Shown here in pieces: positions 40,592 to 48,925 of a stretch of 64,000 bases of DNA. The notes below the pieces were generated by a model, which was not told the origin of the DNA, searched no databases, and saw nothing but the letters and a program-made list of their open reading frames with translations. How positions within the stretch are numbered: position 1 is the first letter of the stretch; every line of letters starts with the position of its first letter. The stretch comes from Coriobacteriia bacterium (lineage in GTDB: Bacteria; Actinomycetota; Coriobacteriia; Anaerosomatales; PHET01), in NCBI GenBank assembly GCA_035687245.1, contig DASRYH010000028.1, forward strand, positions 45,525-109,524, written 5' to 3'. The translations under genes and the position numbers were made by a program.

Positions 40592-42787
40592 CTAGTTCAG
40601 CAGGCCCTTCTTGGCGAGGTTGACGTGGCAGTTCGCGCAGAAGGTCGGCTTGTGGCAGCCGAAGCAGCCATCGGTGCCGTTCTTCTTGACGACGTTCGGG
40701 TGGTAGCGGACCCACGGCTTGTCGGCCGGGGCGCCCTCGTGGTGGCACGAGTTACAGAACGCCGTCTTGTGGCAGTTCGAGCAAGTGGACTTGCTCAGCT
40801 TCTTGTCGGCAAAGCTCTTGGCGTGCGCCCCACCGTTGCCGGCGCCCTTGGCTCCGAAGCCATCGGGGTGCGGCATCTCGAGCTTGTGGCAGCTGCTGCA
40901 GAACTTGGCGTTCGGCAGTGCGGCAACTTCGCCCTTGTGGCAGTAGGTGCAGATCTCGCCATTGTCCTTGTAGAGCTGGACGTGCTTCGCGTCCTTGTTG
41001 CTGAAGTCCCTGATGAACTTGGACTGCTTGTGCGACGCCGGAACGACGTTGCGCTTGTTGTGGCACTTCACGCAGTCGTTCTTGGTGTGGCACTTCTCCA
41101 CACAGCCAGCAGCACCATTCTTGTTGACCGAGCCACCGTGGATGCTGATCCACGACTTGCTGGTCGACGAACCAATGTGGTGGCAGTTGCTGCAGACTTC
41201 CTTGAACTGGTGGCACTTCTTGCACTGGCTCGAGTTCTTCTTGCTGCTCACGTGGTTCGTCTTGAAGTCAGCCGGGTGCGGCATCTCAAGCTTGTGGCAG
41301 CTCTTGCAGAAGGCACCGTTGACGCCGCCAGCGTGGCAGACATCGCAGGCCTCGATCGACTTCTGAGCCTCGACGGCGTGCTTGCCGCTGACCTTCGCCG
41401 GCGTCTTGCCGTAGACGGTCATGGCGCCAGGAGCACCAGGCTTGATCCAGCCAGCCTGCTTGTGGGAGGCCGGGAAGACCTTCTTCGAGGTGTGGCAGTC
41501 GGAGCAGAACTTCGCTTCGTGGCACTCAGCAGTACAGGTCTTGATGCCCTTCTCGGCAACAGCCTTCGGGTGCTGCTTCGCGGTCCACGGCTCGGTCGCG
41601 ACGAACTTGTAGCCGCCGGCCTTGGTGCCGTGGTGGCAGTTGTCGCAGAAGTGCGACTCCTCGTTCTTGCCGTGACACATGATGCACTTCTTCGGGAACT
41701 GCTTCGACATTGCAGGGTGGCCCTGCGCCGGATCGGCAGTCGCAGTCGGCTCCTTGAAGGCGGCGGGGTGCGGCATCTCCATACCGTGGCAGCCGTCGCA
41801 GAACTGCTTCTCTACGTGGCATGTGCCGCAGTAGTAGATCGACTCGACCTTCGGCAGCTCGCCGCCGATAGAGTGCATCTCGTCGCCAGGGTTCTTCTTC
41901 TGCTCTTCGAGCAGCGCCTTGACCTCTTCGCGAGCAACGGGCTTCTCTTCTCCGCCACCGGAGGCATAGGCCTTCTCGGTACCCAGAAGGCTCTGCTCCT
42001 TCTCGGCTGCGCCTTCTTCACCCTCGGCGCTCGCCTCAAGAGCCTTGGCGGCCTCTTCCTTGGCCTCCTTCGCCATCTCGGCGTGGCCCTTGGGGTAGAA
42101 GTCCTTCTCGCGGTGATTCTCGGGCTTCAGTTCGAAGTTCGAGGGGTGGCACGCGCTACAGCGACCAGGAGCCGCTGCGCCGTCCTCAAGACCGTGGCAA
42201 CGGAAGCAAGCGGTCATCGAGGTGAAGACCAAGTGCTTCGTGTTGGGCTGCCCGGTCTTCGGATTCGTAAGCGTGAGCTTGAAGTCCTCGGTGTGGGCGA
42301 TACGGTTGTGGCAGACCGGACAGGCCGCGTTAACCTCCGCATGAACGGCGTGATCGATCTTCACGCCCTCAGTCGGGGTGACCTTGCGGGTCTCCATGCT
42401 GTGACACTGGGTGCACTTGTCGCCCGTCATCGTGAGCGCGACCTCGGACTCCCCGTTGAGCGGGAGGTCGTAGTCGTCACGAACGGTCAGGTACAGCTCA
42501 CCCAAGGCCTCAGCCTTGTGCAGGATGAAGATGACCGGGTTCGCGTTGACCGGCATGTGGCAAGCCATACAGCTTACTTTGGCGTGGGACGAGTGTTCAT
42601 AGGCAATGATCGTGTCGTCCTGAACCTTGTGGCAGGCCTCCGCGCAGAACCAACGAGTCGAAGTCACCCCCAATACGGGAACCATGACCCCGGCAATCAC
42701 CAGGACCGCTACTAGCGCCCAGATGATGTACCGTGGCCGCCGGACCGGATCCTTGAATCCGGCCAGGGAGATCTTCGCCATATTCAT
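40592..42787 (-). CDS. Membrane-anchored multihaem cytochrome c (22 CxxCH + 2 CxxxCH motifs); NapC/NirT-like N-terminal module
   Basis: 731-aa ORF with one N-terminal TM helix (YIIWALVAVLVIAGVMVPVLGV). Motifs counted by eye: CAEACH, CMACH, CTQCH, CPVCH, CFRCH, CSACH, an acidic/Lys linker, then 18 more in three modules. Confidence 0.85.
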   Translation of the reverse strand: MNMAKISLAGFKDPVRRPRYIIWALVAVLVIAGVMVPVLGVTSTRWFCAEACHKVQDDTIIAYEHSSHAKVSCMACHMPVNANPVIFILHKAEALGELYLTVRDDYDLPLNGESEVALTMTGDKCTQCHSMETRKVTPTEGVKIDHAVHAEVNAACPVCHNRIAHTEDFKLTLTNPKTGQPNTKHLVFTSMTACFRCHGLEDGAAAPGRCSACHPSNFELKPENHREKDFYPKGHAEMAKEAKEEAAKALEASAEGEEGAAEKEQSLLGTEKAYASGGGEEKPVAREEVKALLEEQKKNPGDEMHSIGGELPKVESIYYCGTCHVEKQFCDGCHGMEMPHPAAFKEPTATADPAQGHPAMSKQFPKKCIMCHGKNEESHFCDNCHHGTKAGGYKFVATEPWTAKQHPKAVAEKGIKTCTAECHEAKFCSDCHTSKKVFPASHKQAGWIKPGAPGAMTVYGKTPAKVSGKHAVEAQKSIEACDVCHAGGVNGAFCKSCHKLEMPHPADFKTNHVSSKKNSSQCKKCHQFKEVCSNCHHIGSSTSKSWISIHGGSVNKNGAAGCVEKCHTKNDCVKCHNKRNVVPASHKQSKFIRDFSNKDAKHVQLYKDNGEICTYCHKGEVAALPNAKFCSSCHKLEMPHPDGFGAKGAGNGGAHAKSFADKKLSKSTCSNCHKTAFCNSCHHEGAPADKPWVRYHPNVVKKNGTDGCFGCHKPTFCANCHVNLAKKGLLN
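40625..41836 (-). repeat. Three tandem intragenic hexahaem modules (about 110-130 aa each)
   Basis: Each module has the pattern CxxCH-x4-9-FCxxCH(K/G)(L/M)EMPHP ... CxxCH-x4-7-CxxCHH ... Cx2-3CH-x4-CxxCH. Modules 1 and 2 are each followed by V(F/V)PASHKQ. Approximate residues are 320-440, 481-588 and 613-721. Confidence 0.8.
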
Positions 42788-42858
42788 CTCTCCTTGCTCT
42801 GCTCGAATCGCCCAGGCATCGTCAAACGACGGTGTTCGCCCTGCACACCATCAGATGA

Positions 42859-42887
42859 AAGATATAAGAACCTGAACGGCGCTACAA
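42859..42887 (-). promoter_or_regulatory. Possible sigma-70-type promoter of the cytochrome gene
   Basis: The minus strand reads TTGTAG-N17-TATCTT in the only AT-rich patch of the 144-nt gap upstream of the cytochrome start. Confidence 0.3.
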
Positions 42888-42931
42888 CAGAAACGAACCT
42901 TCTCACTCCGAGAGTTCGACGAGCAGATGGA

Positions 42932-44074
42932 TCATCCTGCCACGTCTGAGAGCTCGAGTAAGGCCGTTTCCAAGCGCCCAGCAGCTGCCGAAGACGTGTC
43001 GGAGAGCGTGAGCAACTCGTCTGCGATACCCGACAGCTGCTCCACTTCCCCGGTCTGAAGTCGCGACAGATGCGCTGTTTCGGCGGCTGCCGTTGCGGCA
43101 GTCGAACAGGTGTCGGCGACTTCGGCGAGCTGAGATGCGGTGCGCATCACGATCTCGCGCGACTCATCAACCATGAGGCGCATGCGCTCGGTCGACCCCA
43201 CCAGCGCGACCGCGCCCGACTGGAGTTCGTGGACAACGCGGCTGATTTCGGAGGTCGACTCGGTCACCGACTCCGCGAGATTGCGGATCTCTTCAGCGAC
43301 AACGGCGAATCCGCGGCCCGCGTCGCCCGCGCGCACCGCCTCAATCGAGGCGTTCAGTGCAAGTATCTTCGTCTGCTCGGCGATATCGTCGATGATCTCG
43401 AGCACTCCGCCAATGCGCTGGCCGTCGTAGCCGAATCGCTCAACGCGGTCGGCGGCATCACTCGAGTGGCGACCGATGCTCGCAAGGGTCACCGACGCTT
43501 CATCGATGAGCTGAACGGCGCGGCGGGAGTCTTCTCCGGCCCGCTCCGACGCCTCAAAGGCCTGGCCGGCGTTCTCCAGCACGTTGACCGCATTGTGCGC
43601 GAGTATCTCGGTCTCACGCCTCAGCCGCTCGTTCGTGTTGGCCTGCCGCTTCGTAGCACCTGCGGACTCGTCGGCGGTATGGCACAGTTCAGAAGCCCGC
43701 GCTCGCAGCATGCCGGAGCGCGACTGTGATTCGTCGAGGGTCACGCGCGCGAGATCGAACATGCGGCCAGCGCGCTGGAGCGCACGTTCGTCTCCGGTGG
43801 CGGCCGGGGCGCGCATTCTAAGCCGGGTCTCGGCGTCCTCCAGGACGCTCGCGCAGGCGTCTTCGCCGATTCTGTCACCGAACCATGCGACGGCCAGACC
43901 AGCACCCGCACCCATGCCTACGAACAACGTCGCGAGGACGATCGAGGCAACGACACTGCGCGGCGTCGTCAGCAGGCTCGCAAAGACCCACATCGCGACG
44001 CCTGCGGCAACGCCGATGCCGACTGCGTTGAAACGCAGCCGACCGCGCTCTTGCCACCAGTTGCTTGCAGTCAC
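42932..44074 (-). CDS. Methyl-accepting chemotaxis-type signalling protein with two TM helices and almost no outside loop
   Basis: C-terminal MCP signalling domain ([36 protein letters not shown]). I place the start at GTG 44074 (GAAGGG upstream). The longest ORF (to 44620) would run through the divergent promoter and the opposite-strand genes. Confidence 0.72.
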   Translation of the reverse strand: MTASNWWQERGRLRFNAVGIGVAAGVAMWVFASLLTTPRSVVASIVLATLFVGMGAGAGLAVAWFGDRIGEDACASVLEDAETRLRMRAPAATGDERALQRAGRMFDLARVTLDESQSRSGMLRARASELCHTADESAGATKRQANTNERLRRETEILAHNAVNVLENAGQAFEASERAGEDSRRAVQLIDEASVTLASIGRHSSDAADRVERFGYDGQRIGGVLEIIDDIAEQTKILALNASIEAVRAGDAGRGFAVVAEEIRNLAESVTESTSEISRVVHELQSGAVALVGSTERMRLMVDESREIVMRTASQLAEVADTCSTAATAAAETAHLSRLQTGEVEQLSGIADELLTLSDTSSAAAGRLETALLELSDVAG

Positions 44075-44192
44075 GTACCGACCCTTCAGGACACGGTGCG
44101 ATCTCAGCTTCAGCCGCGCGCGGGCACCCTTCCGTACCGCGACCCTTGATAAGACACTACGGTAGGGGTATCGGCCAATTACTTGCACGTTA

Positions 44193-44210
44193 TATACCCC
44201 TTGGGGTATA
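44193..44210. promoter_or_regulatory. Perfect palindrome TATACCCC-TT-GGGGTATA (operator candidate)
   Basis: 8-bp perfect inverted arms, 42 nt upstream of ATG 44252, in the divergent MCP / ferredoxin-operon intergenic region. Confidence 0.55.
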
Positions 44211-44251
44211 GTCAGCGAGCTCGGTTCGTCAAAGGAAGGAACTCCCGCATC

Positions 44252-44455
44252 ATGTCTGTCGTCACTATCGACACCGCCCGCTGCGATCGCTCGCCCGGTT
44301 GCCCGTCTCGCCGAATCTGCCCGACAGGCGCTATTGTGCCGATCGACGGCGGTGCCTACCCCGGTGCGAACGGGTACACGGTCATCGAAGAGAAGTGCTC
44401 CGGTTGTGCTGTCTGCGTGCGTGTGTGCGCGGGTGGCGCGTGCCGGATCGGATAG
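44252..44455 (+). CDS. Small Cys-rich 4Fe-4S ferredoxin-like protein
   Basis: [29 protein letters not shown]...[25 protein letters not shown] after AAGGAAGG. The second cluster motif is CxxCxxCxxxC. Confidence 0.6.
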   Translation: MSVVTIDTARCDRSPGCPSRRICPTGAIVPIDGGAYPGANGYTVIEEKCSGCAVCVRVCAGGACRIG

Positions 44456-44467
44456 AAGGAGCAGTTG

Positions 44468-44812
44468 ATGCCTAAGCCCGTCATCGTCGAGGTCTTCGAC
44501 GTTCCCTCCGCCTCCGACTGCTTCTCGGGTGGATGAGGCCCGTCCTGGTCTCCGGAGGAGATCACGGCCATCGTCCGCACCGAGCTTGAGCGCCGCTATG
44601 GTGACGACGCCCAAGTCCACTACTACAACACGCAGGATGACTCGGTTCGGCAGCAGTACGCCGCGCTGATCACTGAGATCGACGAGCGCGGCCTGCTCTA
44701 CCCCGTCACCGTCGTCGACGGCGTGCCCGTCTACGACGGCGCCGTGAGCTACCCGGCCATCATGCGCGCGGTCAACAACAAGCTGCTTGAACAGGAACAG
44801 ACCGCCAAGTAG
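44468..44812 (+). CDS. Candidate selenoprotein: ArsD-like thioredoxin-fold protein with in-frame TGA (codon 23)
   Basis: Not in the ORF track. ATG 44468 lies 6 nt after GAAGGAG. My translation: [114 protein letters not shown]. The TGA is at 44534-44536, and the frame stays open for 91 further codons with protein-like sequence. Confidence 0.6.
44537..44569 (+). promoter_or_regulatory. Candidate bacterial SECIS hairpin
   Basis: Starts directly after the TGA. Lower stem GGCC/GGCC (44537-40 with 44566-69). Upper 8-bp stem TGGTCTCC/GGAGATCA (44546-53 with 44557-64). G-rich apical loop GGA about 17-20 nt after UGA. Confidence 0.5.
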
Positions 44813-44839
44813 TACGCCGTTTGGGCTACACTTCGCCCT

Positions 44840-45985
44840 ATGCCGAGAGTCTCGCTTTCACGCTGCGCCGACTACTCCCCCGCACTCGTTGCCTCTTCGC
44901 TTGCCGAAGTGCTCGAGCCGCTGGGCGGTATGTCGGCCTTCGTGTCTCCCGGGCAGCGCGTACTGCTCAAGGTGAACCTGCTGTCGCGCGCGCTGCCTGA
45001 AAGGGCGGTCACCACCCACCCGGAGGTCGTACGCGCCCTTATCCGCGAAGTGAGGGCCTGTGGGGGCATACCCACAGTGGGTGACAGTCCCGGCGGCCCG
45101 AACAGTGTCGGCATGGTGAAGCGGGTGTGGGCGGACAGCGGTATCGGCAGTGTCTGCGCCGAAGAGAACGTGGAGCTGGTGCTCTTCGACGATGACGTCC
45201 TGCGCGTGCCCGCTCCTGACGCAACCCTCTACGGCTCCTTCAGCTTGGGACGCGCCGTCGTCGAGACAGACGTGCTCATCTGCGTGCCGAAGTTCAAGAC
45301 GCACGGCTTCATGATGTTCACGGGCGCGGTGAAGAACCTCTTCGGCTGCATACCGGGCCTTGAGAAGGCGCAGTACCACATCAAGGTGCCGGAGCGTGAC
45401 GACTTCGCCGACATGCTTCTCGACCTCATGCTCGCCTGCAAACCAGCGCTTTCTGTAATGGATGCAGTCGTCGGCATGGAGGGTGAGGGTCCCGCCGGGG
45501 GCAAGCCGAAGGCCGTTGGCGCGCTCATCGCTTCGGCGGACGCATGTGCGCTGGACCTGGTCGCATCATCGATGGCCGGCCTGGCGCCAGACGAGGTCTA
45601 CACGGTGAAGATGGCCGCGAAGCGCGGTATGTGCACAGACGATGTCGATGCCGTTGAGATCGCCGGTGCCGACTGGCGCGATCTTGCGCCCGACAGCTTC
45701 GAACTCCCCGCGGTGGACCTGTCCCGCAAGATGCCGCCGTGGCTGGGGAACCGGCTGCGCTCTTGGCTGACCGCCAAGCCGGTGCTGGAGAACAAGCCCG
45801 GCTGCACTCGCTGCAAGACCTGCCAAGACGTGTGCCCGGTCGATGCGATCGTAGTGACTGAAGATGGCCCGCAGTTCGACCGCGCCAAGTGCATCCGCTG
45901 CTACTGCTGCCAGGAGCTGTGTCCGCCGCAGGTCATCGGGCTGTCGGTGCCGCTTGTGGCCCGCGCGCTCTCCAAGCGCCGCTAG
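44840..45985 (+). CDS. DUF362-domain protein with C-terminal 2x[4Fe-4S] ferredoxin domain
   Basis: 381-aa ORF. N-terminal DUF362-like part (VLLKVNLLS...HPEVVRALI...GDSPGG). C-terminus [12 protein letters not shown]...[12 protein letters not shown]. Confidence 0.75.
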   Translation: MPRVSLSRCADYSPALVASSLAEVLEPLGGMSAFVSPGQRVLLKVNLLSRALPERAVTTHPEVVRALIREVRACGGIPTVGDSPGGPNSVGMVKRVWADSGIGSVCAEENVELVLFDDDVLRVPAPDATLYGSFSLGRAVVETDVLICVPKFKTHGFMMFTGAVKNLFGCIPGLEKAQYHIKVPERDDFADMLLDLMLACKPALSVMDAVVGMEGEGPAGGKPKAVGALIASADACALDLVASSMAGLAPDEVYTVKMAAKRGMCTDDVDAVEIAGADWRDLAPDSFELPAVDLSRKMPPWLGNRLRSWLTAKPVLENKPGCTRCKTCQDVCPVDAIVVTEDGPQFDRAKCIRCYCCQELCPPQVIGLSVPLVARALSKRR

Positions 45986-46001
45986 CCGAACCAGGTCTTT
46001 C

Positions 46002-46304
46002 TCAGTCGAGTTCGCGCCACCAGTCGACGAACATCCCCACGAGTCCCCGGTCCATGAAGACCTCCCACGCTGACTCTCCCTCGTGTGCCTTCGGCAGCGT
46101 GGCGTCGTAGGCGCGCCGGCGTCCGGGGTCGGACAGCACCTCGTAGGCGGCGTTGATGCGCTGCATGTCGGCCGTCGCGCGCTGGTGATCCTCGGCCGGA
46201 CGACGGTCGGGATGGTACTTGCGCACGAGCGCCTTGTAGGCGCGCTCCACGACCTCGGGCTCGGCGTCGCGCGTGACCTGTAGTGTTCGGTAGTGGTCGG
46301 GCAT
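46002..46304 (-). CDS. J-domain-only protein
   Basis: 100-aa ORF DHYRTLQVTRDAEPEVVERAYKALVRKYHPDR...INAAYEVLSDPGRRRAYD, containing the HPD motif. Confidence 0.75.
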   Translation of the reverse strand: MPDHYRTLQVTRDAEPEVVERAYKALVRKYHPDRRPAEDHQRATADMQRINAAYEVLSDPGRRRAYDATLPKAHEGESAWEVFMDRGLVGMFVDWWRELD

Positions 46305-46313
46305 CGCAGTCCC

Positions 46314-47222
46314 CTAAGACGGCGCTGGCTGCTGTGCGAAGCGCTCACCGAGCTCGGCGGCGACCACGCCCGCAAAGACGAAGCCGGCTCCCACGAACTG
46401 CAGCGGAGTCAGACGCTCGCCAAGCAACCAAGCAGCAAGCGCGATCGTGAAGAGCGGCTCGAAGGTCGAGACGACGGCCGCCTGCGAAGGGCCAAGCTTC
46501 TGAATGCCCTCCAGGTACAGAGTAATGGCGGCAAAGGTCGGAATGAGCACGATGAGGATGAGCAGCCACCACGCCTTCACCGACCAGCCGGCCGGTGAGA
46601 GCGACGCGGGCCCGTCCAGCACGATCGTGCCGACTACCGGCAGGATGACCGCGATGCCGAAGGTGTAGGCCATCATCGCGAAACGCGAGCGGCCCTCCAT
46701 CCAGCGGCTCGAGAGCAGATTGAAGAGCGTGTAGCCGACCGCGGCACCCAGGCCGAGCGCAATGCCTTGCCATTTGGCGTGCATGTCGCCGCTCCCCAAC
46801 CCAACCACCAGTGCGCAGCCGATGAACGTCATGACGACGGCAAGGCCCTGTTGCCAGCGCGCCTTGTGCCCGAGAAACAGCCAGCCGGCGATCGTGACCA
46901 GCGCAGGGTACGCGTAGAGAAGCACCGCGACGACCGACGCATCGGCGAAGCGAAGTGCGAAGAAGAAGCAGACGGAAGCGGCACCGTAGCCGGTCAGCGC
47001 GAGGATCGCGAAGCGACCGATATCTTGCCGAGTCACGAGCAGCGCACGCCTGTCGCGGACGGTGGCGACCACCGCGAGAAGCGTCGCGGCGATCACGAAA
47101 CGCCACGCCAGCAAGGGTAGCGGGCTTGCACCCTCCTTGTAGGCGAGCGGCGTGAGTACCGCGAGCGTGCCGAAGCATGCAGCGGAGACGATGACGGAGA
47201 TCAGTGACCAGCGGCGTTGCAC
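46314..47222 (-). CDS. EamA/DMT-family transporter
   Basis: 10-TM profile with two EamA-like halves. I chose the GTG start at 47222 (VQRRWSLISVIV...); the longest ORF starts at 47270. Confidence 0.78.
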   Translation of the reverse strand: MQRRWSLISVIVSAACFGTLAVLTPLAYKEGASPLPLLAWRFVIAATLLAVVATVRDRRALLVTRQDIGRFAILALTGYGAASVCFFFALRFADASVVAVLLYAYPALVTIAGWLFLGHKARWQQGLAVVMTFIGCALVVGLGSGDMHAKWQGIALGLGAAVGYTLFNLLSSRWMEGRSRFAMMAYTFGIAVILPVVGTIVLDGPASLSPAGWSVKAWWLLILIVLIPTFAAITLYLEGIQKLGPSQAAVVSTFEPLFTIALAAWLLGERLTPLQFVGAGFVFAGVVAAELGERFAQQPAPS

Positions 47223-47322
47223 GTGCGAGCTCCCTTTGTCCAAGTCGGTTTCACAACGTCCCATTCGCAAAGGCGCACGTCAACCGTGCTAGACTCGCGC
47301 ATCGCACAGGAAGGAGCCGCGG

Positions 47323-47709
47323 ATGACTCGAGGGAAGTTGATCAGGTGGGGCGCTGTGGCCCTGTGGGCAGCCGCCATCTTCGGCGCGTCGTCGATCCAA
47401 GGCTCGAACCTACCCAGCGGATACTCCGTGCCGGCGCACTTCGCCGAGTACCTGATACTCGCGGTGCTCCTCTACACTGCCCTGCGCCCGGGGCGCTCAC
47501 GTGCGTCAGCCGCACTCCTCGCGCTGTCCATGGCTTCGCTCTACGGGATGAGTGACGAGCTCCACCAGTACTTCACGCCCGGGCGGGTGCCGGACCCGAT
47601 GGACTGGCTCACCGACACGCTCGGTGCGAGCGCCGGCGTGCTGGCGGCGTGCGTCGTAGAGCCCCTTCTTGCGAAGTGGCGCGCGAAGCGAAAGCGCGAG
47701 ACTCAGTAG
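47323..47709 (+). CDS. VanZ-like membrane protein
   Basis: 128-aa ORF with four TM segments and the motif SDELHQYFTPGR...DWLTDTLGA. Confidence 0.65.
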   Translation: MTRGKLIRWGAVALWAAAIFGASSIQGSNLPSGYSVPAHFAEYLILAVLLYTALRPGRSRASAALLALSMASLYGMSDELHQYFTPGRVPDPMDWLTDTLGASAGVLAACVVEPLLAKWRAKRKRETQ

Positions 47710-48806
47710 ACGCCGCTCTGGGCAGCAGTGCTCTCGTCGAGCGCCAGGTGGCGCACCTTGATCTTGAAGTCGTGCGCGTTGGCCGACATCGCGATCGCGT
47801 CGTCGAGAGTGATCTTGTGCGCCGCGTAGAGCTCCAGCAGCGACTGGTCGAAGGTCTGCATGCCGTAGTACTGGCCCTCTTCCATCGCGTCCCGGATCAG
47901 GTAGGTCTTCTCCGGGTCATTGATGTACTCGCGGATCGTACCGGTCACAACCAGCACCTCGACTGCGGGAACGAGTCCGCCCTGGATCGACGGGATCAGG
48001 CGCATCGAGATGATGCCCTTGAGCGTCGAGGCAAGCATGAGGCGAACCTGCTTCTGCTGGTGCGGCGGGTAGAAGTCGATGATGCGGTTGATCGTCTCAG
48101 TGGCGTCGATCGTGTGAAGCGTGGATAGAACGAGGTTGCCGATCTCGGCTGCGGTTATTGCCGCGGCGACCGTCTCGTAGTCGCGCATCTCGCCGATGAG
48201 AATGACATCGGGGTCCTGGCGGACGACATGGCGAAGCGCCTCGGGGTAGCTCTCGGTATCGATCCCGATCTCACGCTGGTTGATGATGCACTTCACGTCG
48301 TGGTGAAGGACTTCGATTGGGTCCTCGATCGTGATGATGTGGCCTTCGCGCGTGTTGTTGATGTGGTCGATCATCGCGGCAAGGGTCGTGGTCTTGCCGG
48401 AACCGGCGGTACCCGTGACGAGCACGAGTCCACGGGGTTCGTCGGCCAGCCCCCGGATGACCGCGGGCAGGCCGAGGTCGTCGAAGGAGCGAGTGCCGGC
48501 GACAACGTGGCGAATCGTCATGCCGACGCTGCCGCGCTGACGAAAGACGTTGAAGCGGAAGCGGCCCACGCCGGGAAGCGAGTACGCGAAGTCAGTCTCA
48601 CGCGTCGAGTCGAGATGCACCTTCTGCATGTCGTCCATGACGCCGCGGGCGAGTACGGCCGTCTGCTCACACGTAAGCGGTGCGATCTCTTTGAGCAGAA
48701 CCAGCTTGCCGTTGACGCGAATCGCAGGCGGGCTGCCGACCTTCAGGTGCAGGTCGGACGCGCTACGTTCGATCATCAACTTGAGCAGCCCATCGATCTG
48801 AGCCAC
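47703..48806 (-). CDS. pilT: Type IV pilus retraction ATPase PilT
   Basis: VAQIDGLLKLMIERSASDLHL...VTGTAGSGKTTTLAAMI...ILIGEMRD...TLHT. GTG start at 48806 after GGGGAGG. The convergent 7-nt overlap with the VanZ-like gene is seen in the coordinates. Confidence 0.9.
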   Translation of the reverse strand: MAQIDGLLKLMIERSASDLHLKVGSPPAIRVNGKLVLLKEIAPLTCEQTAVLARGVMDDMQKVHLDSTRETDFAYSLPGVGRFRFNVFRQRGSVGMTIRHVVAGTRSFDDLGLPAVIRGLADEPRGLVLVTGTAGSGKTTTLAAMIDHINNTREGHIITIEDPIEVLHHDVKCIINQREIGIDTESYPEALRHVVRQDPDVILIGEMRDYETVAAAITAAEIGNLVLSTLHTIDATETINRIIDFYPPHQQKQVRLMLASTLKGIISMRLIPSIQGGLVPAVEVLVVTGTIREYINDPEKTYLIRDAMEEGQYYGMQTFDQSLLELYAAHKITLDDAIAMSANAHDFKIKVRHLALDESTAAQSGVY

Positions 48807-48925
48807 AACGCCTCCCCAACAACGAGTCCTCGGTCTCTCACACGTCAAAGTCCGCACGCCGGAGCGTGTCTAAGAGGGATATCGACGTGTGGAGCCCAAG
48901 ACTGTAGCAACAGCCTCGTTCGTCC

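Noticed and set aside
44075-44620. N-terminal 182 codons of the longest ORF of the MCP-like gene (42932..44620).
   Set aside because: This part would run through the divergent promoter and palindrome and lie antisense to the ferredoxin and selenoprotein genes. The translation is Arg/Asp/Gly-rich and unlike a sensor domain. GTG 44074, with a GAAGGG RBS just before the first TM helix, is a better start.
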